From a virus (taxonomy: Duplodnaviria > Caudoviricetes), in the IMG/VR virus record IMGVR_UViG_3300035670_000293, positions 1 to 51,959 of that record: DNA of 51,959 nt. One strand, written 5' to 3'. The position numbers and the translations under genes are program-made. The first letter of the stretch is position 1. Each line of letters begins with the position of its first letter. Of this stretch, positions 8,433-18,346 are shown in pieces. Below the pieces are notes generated by a model, which searched no databases, was not told the DNA's origin, and worked only from the letters and a program-made list of their open reading frames with translations.

Positions 8433-9001
8433 TTCTGTTCATCCGATATAACTGAGGTATCCGGCACGTGAACAGGTTGCGCCCATCTGGAAATGTTCCG
8501 TCGCAACTGAGCAGACTATTACCCCCATTGACAGAGGCCAGTTTGCCGCTCTACCCGAGCTTGACACCATGCAGTGCAGGAACGCCGGAGCTTTCGCCAT
8601 ACCCCACGATCAATATCGCTGGTGCCGTCTTTCCTTGCTTACAACTCCACATGGCCGCTATCAACCTCCACGGCTGGCGCTTAACGCTTAGTTCGCCACT
8701 CTCACGCTGACAGGTGCCCAACGCGGTTCACCCTGAAAACACATCCCATCTGCGGCCTGCCTGACAGGCTTGATCCGTGAGTCCTGACCGTCTCATTTCG
8801 ACTGGCTAGTTCGGTCCAGTCCGGGTCAGATGGATCAGCCAAAAGAAAAACCCCGTGCGTTCTGGTGGGGCTTGGCCCTGGCTTGGGCAACTACACGCTG
8901 ACGATGGAATCCGAAAGTGTCTCGCATGTAACTACGCAAGCCCCACCACAAAACACGGGGTCTTCGAATTCCATTGTCATCCGGTAGCCATCCATCTGAC
9001 G
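8389..9001 (-). ncRNA. putative ~610-nt structured non-coding RNA / leader
   Basis: Extended -10 TGcTATAGT (9008-9016); no credible ORF; three long complementary pairs within 8825-9000; terminator at the end. Confidence 0.5.
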
Positions 9002-9023
9002 GAACGAACTATAGCACAAAACA

Positions 9024-9062
9024 AAACATGGTGTTGACTTCTAACTAAACATGGTGTGTAAT
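9024..9062 (+). promoter_or_regulatory. PL-like promoter with two OL operators
   Basis: TTGACT(9034)-17bp-TGTAAT(9057); AAACATGGTGTTG (9024) and AAACATGGTGTGT (9047). Confidence 0.8.
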
Positions 9063-9324
9063 TCATTCCAACGCACTCACTTGCAGAGTGCAGCAGAAAG
9101 CACCACGAAGCCGCACCGCACGATTTACGCGGAACCCCATTAAGCGGCAGGCGTAGCCACACGAACTGGCAGGTGTACGGGGTGAAGGTTGTTGGTTTTT
9201 CATGAAGGCCCGGCACTCGTTTGCCTCCGCTCGTTCAGCAGGGTGGGCCAAAAGCTGAGAACGGCGCGCTGCCAGGCCATACCGGCTAAGTCCGATGGCG
9301 GCGATCTACAAAAAGGAGTCAGTG

Positions 9325-9633
9325 ATGCACATCAGCTTTGAAGCAATCGGCCTGACGTTCGACGCACAGGTTGAAATCACGGAAGAGAAGGCCTGTCTGA
9401 CTGGACACCCCGACTACTGGAAACCAGGCCATCCACCAGAGATGGAGTTCATCAAGCTCACGCACGAAGGAAAGGACGTTTCATTCCTCTTGTGCAGCGA
9501 CGTGGAAAGCGAGATTTCCTACGCCGCCTGGGCAGCGGTGGACGAATGGGTCGAAGAAGCAAAGGCCGAATCCGCCATCGCCAGGTACGAAAGCCGCATG
9601 GACGCCTACGCATCTTTTGAAAGGGCTTTCTGA
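9325..9633 (+). CDS. hypothetical protein, first gene of the PL operon
   Basis: AAGGAG RBS before MHISFE. Confidence 0.6.
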   Translation: MHISFEAIGLTFDAQVEITEEKACLTGHPDYWKPGHPPEMEFIKLTHEGKDVSFLLCSDVESEISYAAWAAVDEWVEEAKAESAIARYESRMDAYASFERAF

Positions 9634-9800
9634 TGAACAGCAACTACACATTGCGCTTTCCGCGCACATCCCGCGAAGCCTTCGGGTACTCGGTCAAGCG
9701 GTCTGAGTTTGAAGGCGACCGTGGCGACCGGTTTGTGGCCATCGTCTGCGCCATCGGTATCGCATTCGTTCTCGGCATGGCCGTTGGGAGCGGGATGTGA
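9633..9800 (+). CDS. small membrane protein (55 aa)
   Basis: Manual: MNSNYTLRFPRTSREAFG...FVAIVCAIGIAFVLGMAVG; coupled to the upstream stop. Confidence 0.55.
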   Translation: MNSNYTLRFPRTSREAFGYSVKRSEFEGDRGDRFVAIVCAIGIAFVLGMAVGSGM

Positions 9801-9921
9801 TCAAGCGAATCAAGACCACGCTGGAGATGTACTTCATCTACGGCTGGAGCCTCCGCACGGCATGGCGCGTCAGCAAGCGCCAGCCCATTGACGACAAGAT
9901 TTTAGATTTTTGGGGTGTCAA

Positions 9922-10617
9922 ATGAACAAAAGCGAATCAATCAAAGAACTGGCCGCAGCACTGGCCAAGGCGCAGGCAGAGATCGGCAACGCAGTGAAGA
10001 ACTCAGACAACTCGCATTTTCGCAGTCGCTACGCCGACCTGGCTGAAGTATTGAACACGGTGCGCCCTGTGTTCGCGCAGCACGGGCTGTCCTTCATGCA
10101 GTTCCCCGGCTTTGAGAGCGGCATTGTGTCCGTGGAAACGGTTATCGCGCACAGTTCAGGCGAGTGGATCAGCAGCACCTTGCACGCACCAGTCAGCAAG
10201 CACGATGCACAAGGGGTTGGCTCTGCGCTTACGTATGCACGCCGGTACTCACTGGCGGCGTGCGCAGGCATCGCCCAAGAAGACGACGACGGTGAGGCCG
10301 CAGTTGGCCGTCCGGTGACAAATAGACCTATCAGAGCAGATCAGCATGACGGTGGTCGTCAAGTGGCCGATAAGAAACCGGTCAAGGTAGAACAGCGAGA
10401 CGGTGGCCACCAAGTAGGCGATGAGCCTATCGAGGCACAGATGACAGCCAAGGAATACGAAGACGAGCATCTCCAAAAACTGCGCGACGCTGCCATGGCA
10501 GGCAAGGAATCGCTACAGCTTGTCTTCGAGTCTTTGCCGGCCAGCGACAACAAAAAGAAACTGTGGGCAAAGCATGGCGATGCACTCAAGGCTGCCGCAA
10601 AACAGGTGGAAGCATGA
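9922..10617 (+). CDS. erf: ERF-family ssDNA-annealing protein
   Basis: LAAALAKAQ...NSHFRSRYADL...HSSGEWI...QGVGSALTYARRYSL...EDDDG. Confidence 0.93.
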   Translation: MNKSESIKELAAALAKAQAEIGNAVKNSDNSHFRSRYADLAEVLNTVRPVFAQHGLSFMQFPGFESGIVSVETVIAHSSGEWISSTLHAPVSKHDAQGVGSALTYARRYSLAACAGIAQEDDDGEAAVGRPVTNRPIRADQHDGGRQVADKKPVKVEQRDGGHQVGDEPIEAQMTAKEYEDEHLQKLRDAAMAGKESLQLVFESLPASDNKKKLWAKHGDALKAAAKQVEA

Positions 10618-11459
10618 TCGCCATCACCCTTGAGCAAGGTAGTCCAGAGTGGCTGGACTACCGCCGCACCAAACGCTCGGCCAGCGAAACGCCGACTGTC
10701 ACGCGCCGTTCGCCTTACCAAACGTGGGAACAACTGCGCGACATCAAGCGTGGCGCCAACACGTTCACGACCAAGGCCATGCAGCACGGCCACGCCAACG
10801 AGAATCGCGCCCGCTTATGGGCTGAAGCCGAAACGGGCTTGTTCCTGCCGCCCATCGTGGTGGAAGAGGGCGACTATGCCGCCAGCCTGGATGGCGTGTC
10901 TGACGCTCACATCCTGGAAATCAAGTGTCCGTTCCAAGGCCGCGCATCCGATACCTGGAAGCTCGCCGCCGAAGGTGTCATCCGTGCTGACTACGCCCAG
11001 CAAGTGCAGCATCAACTCATGGTATCCGGCAAGTCCGGCGCATTCTTTGTCGTGTTCGATGCCGCAACCGACCACGGGCTGATGCTCGAAATCAAACCAG
11101 ACCCCGAGCAATGGGAGCCACTGCGTGCCGCATGGGATGAGTTCTGGGAGTGGAGCCTTACTGACGACCCCGATCCGATCAAGGACATTCGCACCGATGC
11201 GGAATGGATCGAGGCTGCGCTCGAATACGCAAGCCTGGATGCGCGCATCAAGCAGCTTGAGGCCATGAAAGCCGCAGGCCGGCAGAAGCTCATCGACCTG
11301 GCTGGCGAATCCACCAAAGCACAGGGCGGTGGCATCACCGTCAGCAAGATCGAAAAACAGGGGAATGTGGACTGGAAGAAGATCGCCAGTCAGCACCCGG
11401 AAATCGACCCTGAGCCGTTCAGGGGCAAATCTCGCGTCGAATGGCGCATCAATCTGTAA
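10614..11459 (+). CDS. YqaJ / lambda-exonuclease family protein
   Basis: QGSPEWLDYR...SASE...GHANE...ASLDG...LEIKCP...QVQHQL. Confidence 0.92.
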   Translation: MIAITLEQGSPEWLDYRRTKRSASETPTVTRRSPYQTWEQLRDIKRGANTFTTKAMQHGHANENRARLWAEAETGLFLPPIVVEEGDYAASLDGVSDAHILEIKCPFQGRASDTWKLAAEGVIRADYAQQVQHQLMVSGKSGAFFVVFDAATDHGLMLEIKPDPEQWEPLRAAWDEFWEWSLTDDPDPIKDIRTDAEWIEAALEYASLDARIKQLEAMKAAGRQKLIDLAGESTKAQGGGITVSKIEKQGNVDWKKIASQHPEIDPEPFRGKSRVEWRINL

Positions 11460-11469
11460 AGGGTAAGAA

Positions 11470-11895
11470 ATGGCTAACTACAACCGTATCACTATCGTCG
11501 GCCACGTCGGCAAAGAGCCGGAGATTCGCTACACGGCCAACAATGAGCCGGTCGCAAACTTCTCGGTTGCGTACACCCGCAAGCGCCGCGATGAAGAGAA
11601 CACGACATGGTTCCGCTGCACGGCATTCGGCAAGACCGCCGAGATCGTTGAGAAGTACGTTCAGCGCGGCGGCGCCGTTATGGTCGAGGGCGAAATGAAC
11701 TGCCGCAAGTATCAAGACAAGCAGGGCATGGAGCGCGAATCGTGGGAGGTCAGTGTGAACAACCTCGTCCTGCTTGGCGGCAAGGCGTCTGAAGAATCCG
11801 CGCCGCCGCCTCGCCAGTCAAGGCCTGCCGCACCCAAGCCCAAGCAGGCCGCATTGCCTGATGCTGACCTGGATGACGACATACCTTTTAACTAG
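11470..11895 (+). CDS. ssb: single-stranded DNA-binding protein
   Basis: NRITIVGHVGKEPEIRYT...C-terminal DDDIPF. Confidence 0.95.
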   Translation: MANYNRITIVGHVGKEPEIRYTANNEPVANFSVAYTRKRRDEENTTWFRCTAFGKTAEIVEKYVQRGGAVMVEGEMNCRKYQDKQGMERESWEVSVNNLVLLGGKASEESAPPPRQSRPAAPKPKQAALPDADLDDDIPFN

Positions 11896-11902
11896 GTGGC
11901 GC

Positions 11903-12406
11903 ATGAGAACCACCGAAAAAACATGCTTCAAGTGCAGCATCAGCAAGCCGCTGACCGAGTTTTATGCTCATAAGAAAATGGCAGACGGTCATCTCAACAA
12001 GTGCAAGTGCTGCACAAAGTCTGATGAAAAAAACCTCCGATTCGGCGCTGGCCGCAGCAGGATTCTCGCGTACGACCGCGCCCGTGGAATGCGGCAGGAT
12101 CGTGTTCAAGCGCGGACGGAATACAGAAAAACGCCAAATGGAAAAACCGCTGCTAAGAAAGCGCGCCTGTCATACAACTTGCGACACCAGGACAGAAGGA
12201 GTGCGCATGTAGCGTTAAGCAATGCAGTAAAGGCTGGCACTGTTACTCCGCTTCCTTGTTTGGTTTGTGGTGAAAAAGCAGACGCGCATCATCCAGATTA
12301 CTCGGACCCACTTTTCCCTGTTTGGCTCTGTAGAAAACACCATCTAGATGTGCACAGAATGGCAAGAGAATTGATTAGGAATGAAAACAATCATGCAAAC
12401 AATTGA
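11903..12406 (+). CDS. Zn-finger + HNH-like protein
   Basis: KTCFKCSISKPLTEFY...NKCKCC; CLVCGEKADAHHPDYSDPLFPVWLCRKHH. Confidence 0.7.
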   Translation: MRTTEKTCFKCSISKPLTEFYAHKKMADGHLNKCKCCTKSDEKNLRFGAGRSRILAYDRARGMRQDRVQARTEYRKTPNGKTAAKKARLSYNLRHQDRRSAHVALSNAVKAGTVTPLPCLVCGEKADAHHPDYSDPLFPVWLCRKHHLDVHRMARELIRNENNHANN

Positions 12407-13091
12407 CAGCGTACTGCGCGAAACCGACGGTTGGTTGACCGCGCTGCAAATCTCAAACCAGACCGGCATGGAAGTCGGCCAGGTTGCACGCCAAATCTAC
12501 GACATGCACAAAGCCGGCGACGTAGAGCGAAAGAAAGTGCCGAACACCACCCGCAAGTCAGGCGCACCCACTACGGTTTACGCCTACCGCATGTCTCAGG
12601 CCGGAAGCACGGAATGCAACTCTGCCGATAAGGCCGCGCCGATACAGGCCATCAACCTGGATGACGACCGACTGGAACGTGTAGCCCATGTGCTGCGCGG
12701 GTGCGGATTGGACTCTCTCAAGGACTGCACGGCGAGTGATGATCTGCAAACCGCAGTCGCCGCCCTGGCAGGCGCGTATCAGATGGCGCTAGAACGAATC
12801 AAAGAGGTTCGTGAACTGAATGCCAGCCTGACAGAAAGCCTTGGTGAATCAACCAGGGTGTCAAACGAGATGCGCCAGATCAACGAAAAAATCATCGGCA
12901 AGAAGAAGACCGACTCGTATCAAATGGGATGGCTCTGCGCGGTCCATGGCCAGGTATTCGAGTCTCAAGCCGAAGCGCGGCAGGCGGCAGAAGAATACTG
13001 CACCCAGCATCCAGACCCTGAACAGTGTTTTGTTGCCGCCATCGTGGCCGAAGCCACCCCGATTACCGCTGTGAAATGGGTGGAAGCATGA
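12381..13091 (+). CDS. hypothetical protein with N-terminal winged-HTH
   Basis: WLTALQISNQTGMEVGQVARQIYDMHKAGDVER; AGGA upstream. Confidence 0.6.
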   Translation: MKTIMQTIDSVLRETDGWLTALQISNQTGMEVGQVARQIYDMHKAGDVERKKVPNTTRKSGAPTTVYAYRMSQAGSTECNSADKAAPIQAINLDDDRLERVAHVLRGCGLDSLKDCTASDDLQTAVAALAGAYQMALERIKEVRELNASLTESLGESTRVSNEMRQINEKIIGKKKTDSYQMGWLCAVHGQVFESQAEARQAAEEYCTQHPDPEQCFVAAIVAEATPITAVKWVEA

Positions 13092-13450
13092 ACGAGCCAA
13101 CCGAATTGCAGCAGCGCGTACTGGATGCGCTGAAACACACCGAAATGCCATCAAGCCAGTTGCGTAAGTGGCTTGGTTATAAGACTGACGGCGGCAGTTT
13201 CAACCATCTTCTCATGCGCATGCTGGACGCCGGAATGATCCACAAAGGCCCGAACAACAAGTGGCGAATCGGCAAGTCGCCTACCTACATCCCGAAGGTC
13301 GATCTTGATGACGAGCCTGACTCCGCCGTGCTCGTTGTTGAAAAGGCGCCAGGCCACAAGGTCGTCAAGTTTGGCCAAGGCTGGCGCGCAGGCAAAGGTC
13401 AGACCGCACGCATCGGCGTATCGCAATCCCCCATCGCAGGAATTTTCTGA
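13088..13450 (+). CDS. hypothetical protein (wHTH-like)
   Basis: ATGA-coupled; LQQRVLDALK...LMRMLDAGMI. Confidence 0.55.
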   Translation: MNEPTELQQRVLDALKHTEMPSSQLRKWLGYKTDGGSFNHLLMRMLDAGMIHKGPNNKWRIGKSPTYIPKVDLDDEPDSAVLVVEKAPGHKVVKFGQGWRAGKGQTARIGVSQSPIAGIF

Positions 13451-13453
13451 GGA

Positions 13454-13756
13454 ATGAACATGCAAATTTTTGAAGCCATCGAACAATGGGCAGACGACCG
13501 CAACATCATCAAGGGGTCAGACCCAAAAAGCCAATTCATCAAGCTCATGGAAGAAGTCGGTGAGTTGGCCGAAGGCATCCGGCGTGGTGACTTGGCCGAA
13601 GTGCAAGACGGCATCGGCGATGTTGTTGTCGTCCTGACCATTCTCGCCGCCCAGCACAACCTGTTCATCGGCAACTGCATCGAGTCCGCATACACGGAAA
13701 TCAAAGACCGCAAAGGCGTAATGCGAAACGGCGTTTTTTGTAAAAACGAAACATGA
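13454..13756 (+). CDS. MazG-like nucleotide pyrophosphohydrolase
   Basis: KLMEEVGELAE...DGIGDVVVVL...AYTEIKDRKG. Confidence 0.9.
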   Translation: MNMQIFEAIEQWADDRNIIKGSDPKSQFIKLMEEVGELAEGIRRGDLAEVQDGIGDVVVVLTILAAQHNLFIGNCIESAYTEIKDRKGVMRNGVFCKNET

Positions 13757-14292
13757 TGAAAACTAAGCTTCGCCAACTCTTTGATTACGACGACGGTAAG
13801 TTGATCTGGAAGGTGAAACCCTTTCGCGGCTTTACCAATTCTGGGAAAAGAGCTGGCACAGTCAACAAAGGGTATATGTGGGTAATAACCACTCAGATTT
13901 CTGGCGAACGAAAGGTCTATGGCTTGCACAGGTTGATTTGGATTTGGCATCACGGCGCGATACCAAACGACCGTGTGGTTGACCACATCAATCGAAACCC
14001 ACTTGATAACCGTATAGAAAATCTTCGGTTAGTGACGCGTAGTGAAAACTCTCTAAACGCTTGTGGAAAATCTTCCCGTAGGTCGGCACTCCCTAAAAAT
14101 GTGTACGTTGATTTTAGTTATAAAGACGTACTGAAATACAGGGCACAAGTCACTCTGAAAGGGAATGTGTTCCGAGAGGGAGGTTTCGACAGTGCTGAGG
14201 CAGCTTCTGCGGCAGCTAAGCGTTTGCGAGAAACGCACCATAAGGAGTTTGCCTTTGGCGGCAACCATTCAAGAGTGGAGAACAGAAAATGA
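13753..14292 (+). CDS. HNH-AP2 type free-standing homing endonuclease
   Basis: LHRLIW...VDHINRNPLDNRIENLRLVTRSEN; C-terminal YRAQV...GGFDSAEAASAA; more AT-rich than its neighbours. Confidence 0.9.
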   Translation: MMKTKLRQLFDYDDGKLIWKVKPFRGFTNSGKRAGTVNKGYMWVITTQISGERKVYGLHRLIWIWHHGAIPNDRVVDHINRNPLDNRIENLRLVTRSENSLNACGKSSRRSALPKNVYVDFSYKDVLKYRAQVTLKGNVFREGGFDSAEAASAAAKRLRETHHKEFAFGGNHSRVENRK

Positions 14293-14329
14293 GAATATGG
14301 GCCGGAAATGCTGGTGATGCGATTGATCA

Positions 14330-14536
14330 GTGTGGGTTGCGGTAGTGGCCATCACAAAACATCAACAGCAAAAGCGTGAGTTGATCCGACTGCGCGCAGA
14401 AAACGCAGAACTGCGCGCATGGATCAACCAGCACCTGGAAGGCGAGGGCCGCATGCTGAACGATCTTGTCACCCTCAAAGGCCAGATGGCACTTGTAAAA
14501 GCCGCGATTGAAGAGGATCCCTATGCCGACGAATAA
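14330..14536 (+). CDS. hypothetical protein
   Basis: ORF in operon, coiled-coil like; start uncertain. Confidence 0.4.
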   Translation: MWVAVVAITKHQQQKRELIRLRAENAELRAWINQHLEGEGRMLNDLVTLKGQMALVKAAIEEDPYADE

Positions 14537-14996
14537 GCGCCCAAGAAAGCCCTACCGGCAATCGGGAGCCGGCCACATCGTCCTGCCTGAACAGCACCGC
14601 GACATGTTGCTGCCCTTGCTCGGCGCTCTAACCGCTTTCCAGCACGGACACGGTACAGACGGGCACCGTCACACACTCGCATACGGAATCAACATTGCCG
14701 GGTCGGTTGCGGTCAACGTCCACGGTGGAGACAAAATCCTACCATTTATCGAGAAGGCCAAAGACTCCTTGATCAGCATGGATTGTCGCTTTGTTCGCGT
14801 CGGCAAGTGGGGTATGAGCGCCGCTGAGTTATCAGCCATCCGCAAGGCGGTACTGATGTGTTCACAACTTCTGCGACGAAGCAATACATCAACGGTGGCG
14901 CAGGCAATCGCCCACATCTACGCAATCAATGCAAACAGAGAGCAAGGGCTAGGCAGTGTCGAATGCCCGATAGAGATGCCAAATGAACATAGCTGA
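14523..14996 (+). CDS. hypothetical protein
   Basis: GAGGA RBS; MPTNKRPRKPYR N-terminus. Confidence 0.6.
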   Translation: MPTNKRPRKPYRQSGAGHIVLPEQHRDMLLPLLGALTAFQHGHGTDGHRHTLAYGINIAGSVAVNVHGGDKILPFIEKAKDSLISMDCRFVRVGKWGMSAAELSAIRKAVLMCSQLLRRSNTSTVAQAIAHIYAINANREQGLGSVECPIEMPNEHS

Positions 14997-15195
14997 ACAC
15001 ACACTTTGGGACAAGACCGACATCGCCGACTACCTGCGCATGAGTGCAAGCCACGTCAGCCAGCGGTTGCTATGCCAGCCAGGTTTCCCGCAAGCGATTC
15101 GCGTGCCCTACCAGGATCGGTACACGCAGCCACGCTGGAAGGCCGTCGAGGTCATCGCCTGGGTTGAAAAATTCCAAGAGGACCGCGTGGCATGA
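14983..15195 (+). CDS. AlpA/excisionase-like DNA-binding protein
   Basis: LWDKTDIADYL...PGFPQAIR...PRWKAVEVIAW. Confidence 0.75.
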   Translation: MNIAEHTLWDKTDIADYLRMSASHVSQRLLCQPGFPQAIRVPYQDRYTQPRWKAVEVIAWVEKFQEDRVA

Positions 15196-15461
15196 ATCGC
15201 CGATTTCCATGGATCGCCAGGCAATACGGCATCGAGCGAGAGCAAAGCGAAGCCAGTGATCTACTGGACGAAATCCTTGATTCGATAGACCAGTGCGTGC
15301 CCATGGCGCATTCGCTCGGCGAACTCTGTTCGGATGCGTTCATCACCGAAGAAGACATTTACTGCAACCTGCAAGCACACAAGGAAGGGAACAAGATATG
15401 CCAGGAGAAATGGACACAAGACCGGATTGCCATGCGGACTATGCGCACTGGGAAACCATGA
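15192..15461 (+). CDS. hypothetical protein
   Basis: ATGA-coupled ORF. Confidence 0.45.
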   Translation: MNRRFPWIARQYGIEREQSEASDLLDEILDSIDQCVPMAHSLGELCSDAFITEEDIYCNLQAHKEGNKICQEKWTQDRIAMRTMRTGKP

Positions 15462-15598
15462 TCTACCCACTCGCACGAAAGCTGTACGAAGAAATGGTTC
15501 GTCGCGAATGGAACGACGCCTTTGAAACGTCAACCCAACTGAGCGATGTGGTCTATGAAATTCGGCGCATCGCACTCGCAAACAAGACGGACTGAACG

Positions 15599-15982
15599 AT
15601 GCGGCTACTCGCGCCAAAGGACATCCACGGGCGAATCCCGTATGCCCAGTTCTGCCACCTGATGGAATTCAGCCCAGACCGTGCCCGGTATATCGCCGAC
15701 GTACTCCGCTTGCGGAAAGGCACGCAGACCACCATGTCGCGTGGACACGCCCAGTGGCGCAAGCTGTTGGCCCAACTGCCGGAAAGGTTCACCAAGCGGG
15801 ATGTTGTTGCTGTCGGCGGGACGTGGAATCAGGTCGAGTCCATGCGACGTAGGGGCTGGATACGCAAGGCCGGGCACGTTACCTCCCACGCCAAGGGTGG
15901 GCAGATGAGCGTATTCGAGCGGACAGGATTCGTGGAGGCAGAGCGCGAGCTTGAGTGGAGTGAATGGAAGGAACTGCTGTGA
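15599..15982 (+). CDS. hypothetical protein
   Basis: ORF in operon orientation. Confidence 0.5.
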   Translation: MRLLAPKDIHGRIPYAQFCHLMEFSPDRARYIADVLRLRKGTQTTMSRGHAQWRKLLAQLPERFTKRDVVAVGGTWNQVESMRRRGWIRKAGHVTSHAKGGQMSVFERTGFVEAERELEWSEWKELL

Positions 15983-16147
15983 TCGGAGTTGAAGAATTGA
16001 TCGACGCATTCCACGCCAAGCTGGAACGCACGAAGTCATTAGACGCCGCACTGGTCAAGAGTCTTTGGCTTGCATACAAGCGAGGCTATGCAGAGGGTGT
16101 GGCCGCTGCGCGGGAAGGCAATGTAGAGACGCTTCAGGAGACTGAGA

Positions 16148-16381
16148 ATGGGTGACATCAAAGAAGTGAACTTCAGACCGTTGAATGAAAACATCCCCCG
16201 GATGTTGCGGGCAAGAGCAGATGCACTGGAGGATGAGGGCTTACCGATGACCGTGGTGCTGGTTGAGTACTACGGCAACGGGGTTACCGAGGTGTTTGGT
16301 TTTGGTGGTGACCTCACCGCCGGTCAAGCGTACATGACTCTCGACCAAGGTAAACGGAAACTACTGGATATGGGGGTTTGA
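16148..16381 (+). CDS. hypothetical protein
   Basis: AGGAG RBS upstream. Confidence 0.55.
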   Translation: MGDIKEVNFRPLNENIPRMLRARADALEDEGLPMTVVLVEYYGNGVTEVFGFGGDLTAGQAYMTLDQGKRKLLDMGV

Positions 16382-16382
16382 T

Positions 16383-16604
16383 ATGAAAGTTGGCGAATTG
16401 ATACGGGAGCTTTCCAAGTTAGACCCGGAATTGACGGTGAACCTTGCTGGTTACGAAGGTGGGTATTACGAACCGGAGTGCGTGGTTGAGATGTGTCTGG
16501 CCAAGGACGTGCATGACGAGTGGTATTACGGGCCGAACGACGAGGTTTCTGACCTCTACCCATACCCGAACCATGAACACGGCCAGTTTGTGGTTATTGA
16601 CTGA
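16383..16604 (+). CDS. hypothetical protein
   Basis: MKVGELIRELSKLDPEL...GYEGGY, a common small phage protein pattern. Confidence 0.6.
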   Translation: MKVGELIRELSKLDPELTVNLAGYEGGYYEPECVVEMCLAKDVHDEWYYGPNDEVSDLYPYPNHEHGQFVVID

Positions 16605-16758
16605 GGTTTGATATGGACAAATCTGACTACTTGCAACTCGTGCGGTTATTGACTGCGCTTGAGAGCGCGATCCTGGCTAACCGGCCAGCGCATGTCCCGG
16701 ATTACATCTGGGAGTGGATGTCTGATGCCGTCTCAAAACTTGAGAAGGAGATTTTGAA

Positions 16759-17022
16759 ATGAAGCTGGAAATTGAAATCACCGAGGAGGAAATCCGTTCC
16801 GCGATGGAGCGCAAGGTTCGGACTGCCATTGCAGACCAGACAAACCAGTGGAACGTGGACCGCTACATCAAAGATCAGGTTGCCGAGCACTGGAAGTTAG
16901 CGGTCGATGCGATGGTGCGTGAAGAGTTGGCGGATAGCGAAAGGCTGCGAGAGAAGATCATTGCAGCTATCGAAGCCAAGCTCAAGGGTCAGTTGACCGC
17001 CATGATGAAGGTGAAGAAATGA
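16759..17022 (+). CDS. hypothetical protein
   Basis: AAGGAG RBS. Confidence 0.6.
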   Translation: MKLEIEITEEEIRSAMERKVRTAIADQTNQWNVDRYIKDQVAEHWKLAVDAMVREELADSERLREKIIAAIEAKLKGQLTAMMKVKK

Positions 17023-17621
17023 TTGAATACGAATTTGAAATAGACGGGCAAAAGTATTTTGGCAACCCTGTTCTTGAAGTAGGGCGATTACAGAAAGCAC
17101 TGGCGGAAAGCCAAGCCAGAGAGGCGAAGTTGCGGGATGCGCTTCAGACCTTCATCGACGAGCATGAGGATTGCGAGGACTCTGATGGTTGGGCGGCGTA
17201 TATGTGCAGCATTGATGCGGCACATGAGGCCGAAAACGCACTCGCCATGCTTTCAGATGACACCGCTTTGAAGGAAGAAGTGACAGACTCTGTACTGGTA
17301 AAAGTAGCTATCCAAGGTGATGCCGTAGGAAGCCAAGGGTACATGGCTGTAAGAGGCGAGAACGTATGCGCCTTCTATATAGACGGGTGGGGTAAGACCG
17401 GTCGTATTTACCCTGTCTGTTCTTCACAGAGCACCACATTCTTTGAAGATGGGAAATACAAGTCTTCGGAAGACTACCCAAGCTTGACGCTTGAAGACGG
17501 TGAAGAAGGCTCTTCCATTACCGAAATCTACTTCCCTGAGTTTAAGGGGTGGCAGGCACATAGTGTTTCCGGTGGCAAGACCATGGGCATCTGCCTTGTT
17601 AATAGGAAGGGTTGGGAATGA
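17019..17621 (+). CDS. hypothetical mosaic protein
   Basis: Coupled ORF; shares peptide modules with 17618..18346. Confidence 0.6.
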   Translation: MIEYEFEIDGQKYFGNPVLEVGRLQKALAESQAREAKLRDALQTFIDEHEDCEDSDGWAAYMCSIDAAHEAENALAMLSDDTALKEEVTDSVLVKVAIQGDAVGSQGYMAVRGENVCAFYIDGWGKTGRIYPVCSSQSTTFFEDGKYKSSEDYPSLTLEDGEEGSSITEIYFPEFKGWQAHSVSGGKTMGICLVNRKGWE

Positions 17622-18346
17622 TGGATGACATCGGGGAACGTATTAAGCAGGAAATGTCCGAAAACAAACAGTTAATGGATGCATTAACGGCATGCCATGA
17701 AAAACTTGACGGATTGTATCTTGCTCAAGATGTTTACCTTGAACGTATTAGAAATGACAAGGTTGAAATCGAACGACTGCGTGAGGAAGTTGACGCCATC
17801 AAGAAAGAGCGTGACGAAGCAAAGGAATATGTCGCTAAGCTTCAGCTCACATTCAAAGGACATGTATATATAAAAAATGAGGAGTGGGCAGAAGTACACC
17901 GCAAAATTGCGAAGCGTGACCGAGAGATTGAACGACTGCATGCAGAGCTACAAACATTTGAGCATGGCTATGTGGCCAAGCTCGGTGAGATAGGACGGCT
18001 AAAGGCTGAGCTAGACGATGCCAAGTTAGAACAGGCGTGGGCGGAACGGAATGCAGCAGTGGCCGAACTGCATAACTACAAGGAAGTCAGCCAAGCCCGT
18101 GAGGCTAAGTTGCGTGAGGCACTGGAAAAAATAGCGACGAATACGATTCACTGGTATGCGTCTATTCAAGACGCGAAAGCAGCACTCGCCCTGCCAGCCG
18201 ACGACACTGCACTTCAGGAAGCCATCCGACAGGCTAAACAAGAGGTGCTACTCGAAGCGGCTGAAGCTGTTTCTCATCAGAATTTCCGTAATGGTAATCC
18301 TTGGGCAAGTGAAACTATCAGACGACTGGCAGAGGAATTGAAATGA
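17618..18346 (+). CDS. coiled-coil hypothetical protein
   Basis: Repeated EIERL heptads; coupled ORF. Confidence 0.6.
   Translation: MMDDIGERIKQEMSENKQLMDALTACHEKLDGLYLAQDVYLERIRNDKVEIERLREEVDAIKKERDEAKEYVAKLQLTFKGHVYIKNEEWAEVHRKIAKRDREIERLHAELQTFEHGYVAKLGEIGRLKAELDDAKLEQAWAERNAAVAELHNYKEVSQAREAKLREALEKIATNTIHWYASIQDAKAALALPADDTALQEAIRQAKQEVLLEAAEAVSHQNFRNGNPWASETIRRLAEELK

Noticed and set aside
7883-9001. Retron or DGR
   Set aside because: No reverse transcriptase motif (YxDD) recognised in the window and no template/variable repeat pair seen.
9063-9320. 260-nt PL leader as a put/nut antitermination element
   Set aside because: Small hairpins are present, but no boxA or put consensus could be recognised with confidence.
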